A stretch of 64,000 bases of DNA from Bacteroidales bacterium. Lineage in GTDB: Bacteria; Bacteroidota; Bacteroidia; Bacteroidales; FEN-979. Where the stretch lies: assembly GCA_038212325.1 (NCBI GenBank), contig JBBQUQ010000001.1, forward strand, positions 8,339 through 72,338, in the 5' to 3' direction. Below the pieces are notes generated by a model. It had not been told where the DNA came from, did no database searches, and was given only the letters and a program-made list of their open reading frames with translations. Below are positions 62,438 to 64,000 of the stretch, in pieces. Position 1 is the stretch's first letter; each line of letters opens with the position of its first letter. The position numbers were made by a program, and so were the translations under genes.

Positions 62438-63172
62438 ATGCCCTCAGCCAGCGAAAATATCATCACCGTTAAAAACCTCGTCAAGAAGTTTGGCTCGTTT
62501 GTAGCCAATGATCACCTGACTTTCGACGTTAAAAAAGGGGAGATATTTGGTTTCCTGGGGGCCAACGGCGCGGGGAAAACGACGGCAATAAAAATTCTCT
62601 GCGGGCTCTCCTATCCTACCTCCGGTGAGCTGATGGTGGCGGGTTTTAACATTTACAAGGAGCGTGACAAGGTTAAACGGAACATCGGGTATATGAGCCA
62701 GCGGTTTTCATTGTACGATGACCTCACGGTTTATGAGAATATACGGTTTTACGGAGGGATTTACGGATTAAAAAAAAATGAGATTGATTCCCGTGCACAT
62801 GCCCTGATGGAGCGCCTGGGATTTGAATCGGCCCGTGATAAACTGATCAGGGACATCCCGCTGGGCTGGAAACAAAAGCTGGCTTTCTCCGTCGCAATGC
62901 TGCATAACCCGAAAATTGTTTTTCTTGACGAACCTACCGGCGGGGTCGACCCTGTTACCCGCAGGCAGTTCTGGGATATGATATTTGAAACGGCAAATAA
63001 TGGAATAACTGTGTTTGTTACAACGCATTATATGGATGAAGCGGAATACTGCGACCGCGTTTCGATCATGGTCGACGGGAAGATCGCGGCGCTTGACACG
63101 CCTGAAAAACTTAAACTTCAGTTCAATGCTGCTTCGATGAATGATGTGTTTATTAAACTGGCAAGGGGCTGA
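62438..63172 (+). CDS. ABC transporter ATP-binding protein (YbhF C-half-like)
   Basis: Walker A GANGAGKTT, signature (degenerate) PLGWKQKL, Walker B IVFLDEPT. Confidence 0.88.
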   Translation: MPSASENIITVKNLVKKFGSFVANDHLTFDVKKGEIFGFLGANGAGKTTAIKILCGLSYPTSGELMVAGFNIYKERDKVKRNIGYMSQRFSLYDDLTVYENIRFYGGIYGLKKNEIDSRAHALMERLGFESARDKLIRDIPLGWKQKLAFSVAMLHNPKIVFLDEPTGGVDPVTRRQFWDMIFETANNGITVFVTTHYMDEAEYCDRVSIMVDGKIAALDTPEKLKLQFNAASMNDVFIKLARG

Positions 63173-63236
63173 CCCCACCCCCGGAAAGGGAGGGGGCTGA
63201 CCCCACCCCCGGCCCCTCCCCAAAAAGGGAGGGGGA
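63165..63236. repeat. GC-rich repeat element: 20-bp direct repeat ggggctgaccccacccccgg x2 plus the hairpin cccctccc/gggagggg
   Basis: The direct repeats lie at 63165-63184 and 63193-63212. aaagggaggggg occurs at 63185-63196 and 63224-63235. A perfect 8-bp stem pairs 63213-63220 with 63227-63234. The stop codon of the ABC gene lies in the first repeat. Confidence 0.85.
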
Positions 63237-63256
63237 ACAGCAAACTTTATGAAATG

Positions 63257-63302
63257 AAAAAATCTGTGAAAATCTGCGATCTTTTCTGCGAAAATCTGCG
63301 AG
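63257..63302. repeat. 10-12-bp tandem repeat (aaaatctgYg) x4
   Basis: It reads aaaatctgtg aaaatctgcg atcttttctgcg aaaatctgcg and ends directly upstream of the ATG at 63307. Confidence 0.8.
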
Positions 63303-63306
63303 AAAC

Positions 63307-63753
63307 ATGATTCTCCTACAAAAATTCAAACCCTCAGTCAGCAAGCGCAACCTGCTGTTTATGGCCAGCCTGGCATGGATCACCGCAGGCGGAATTCTTG
63401 GCGGGCGTGGATTGGCCTACCTGGGTCAGCATGGCCAGTATTTTGGCTGGCGCCTGGCGGGGGGATTGATTTTTGGAGGCCTTTTTTACATCCTGCTTTT
63501 TGCAAAAATTTCACGAAAACACATCAAACGGATCAAGGGACTCAACATCCCCTACCCATGCGCGTTTTCATTTTTCAACCTGCGGGGCTATGTCATGATG
63601 GCCATGATGATCAGCGGGGGAATCGTGCTGCGAAGGTTCGATGTGATCAACAAAGAATGGCTCTACAATTTTTATATTGCCATGGCAGTGCCGTTGCTGA
63701 TATCGGCGTTGCGGTTTTTCTATTTCTGGGCAACAAACAAGGAGATCGCATGA
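63307..63753 (+). CDS. small integral membrane protein of unknown function
   Basis: 148 aa with four hydrophobic segments. Its stop overlaps the start of the downstream ABC-2 permease (ATGA). I recognise no family. Confidence 0.55.
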   Translation: MILLQKFKPSVSKRNLLFMASLAWITAGGILGGRGLAYLGQHGQYFGWRLAGGLIFGGLFYILLFAKISRKHIKRIKGLNIPYPCAFSFFNLRGYVMMAMMISGGIVLRRFDVINKEWLYNFYIAMAVPLLISALRFFYFWATNKEIA

Positions 63754-64000
63754 AAAGGTTCCGGGGATTTGTCGTCAAGGAGTTTTATCACATCTTCAGG
63801 GATTACCGCACCCTGCTGATCCTTTTTGGCATGCCTGCCGTGCAGTTGATGCTGTTCGGTTATGTGCTCACCAATGAGATCAGGGATGCTAAAATTGCCA
63901 TTTACGATCCATCCAAGGATGTAGTGACCCGCAAGATCAGTGACAAGATTCTCTCTTCTGGCTATTTTATCCTGGACCGGAACCTGGGCTCAGTGGCCGA
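63750..64000 (+). CDS. ABC-2 type transporter permease (YbhS/YbhR-like), N-terminal fragment running off the window end
   Basis: ATG at 63750 opens MKRFRGFVVKEFYHIFRDYRTLLILFGMPAVQLMLFGYVLTNEI..., a typical ABC-2 permease N-terminus. It stays open to position 64000 and is not in the ORF track because it is truncated. Confidence 0.7.
   Translation, partial: MKRFRGFVVKEFYHIFRDYRTLLILFGMPAVQLMLFGYVLTNEIRDAKIAIYDPSKDVVTRKISDKILSSGYFILDRNLGSVA

Overview
This is a Bacteroidota-type chromosomal segment. The evidence is seven proteins ending in T9SS C-terminal sorting domains, TAnnTTTG-type -7 promoter boxes upstream of many genes, and a fused MurF-Alr. I call about 45 protein genes and one tRNA (CAT anticodon). 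I saw no rRNA, CRISPR array, transposase, integrase or phage genes. Housekeeping genes: murF/alr, pdxA, pepA, an MqnC/MqnE-like radical SAM gene, queA, ispD, ruvC, topA, miaB, cysDN, recO and lysS. They are interleaved with envelope and secretion functions. (1) Positions 1-15985 hold a ten-gene co-directional minus-strand cluster: a Ppm1-like GT2, two GT-C-like polytopic membrane proteins, an MBOAT flanked by two paralogous AlgX/AlgJ-like proteins, a small membrane-anchored beta-sandwich protein, a 1474-aa T9SS papain-like cargo, an FG-GAP protein and a lipoprotein. I recognise no described pathway with this combination, so it is my best candidate for a novel system. (2) Positions 22567-33980 hold four consecutive T9SS cargo genes (S1 peptidase, LamG protein, Fib_succ-domain protein, tandem ice-binding-like DUF3494 protein). 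Three of them share a conserved ~65-aa module just upstream of the sorting domain. (3) Other envelope genes are a PorZ-like propeller protein, a secreted PPAD/agmatine-deiminase-like protein, wza-wzc next to cysDN, and a TolC/HlyD/ABC-2 efflux operon. The window is also peppered with short tandem-repeat families: an 8-mer AAATGGYG, a 7-mer GTGACGS, 9-, 10- and 15-mers, and GC-rich palindromes. They sit at gene boundaries, supply start codons, stop codons or terminal residues of flanking ORFs, and occur in frame inside recO, murF/alr and pepA. All functional calls rest on by-eye motif recognition and no database search was run.
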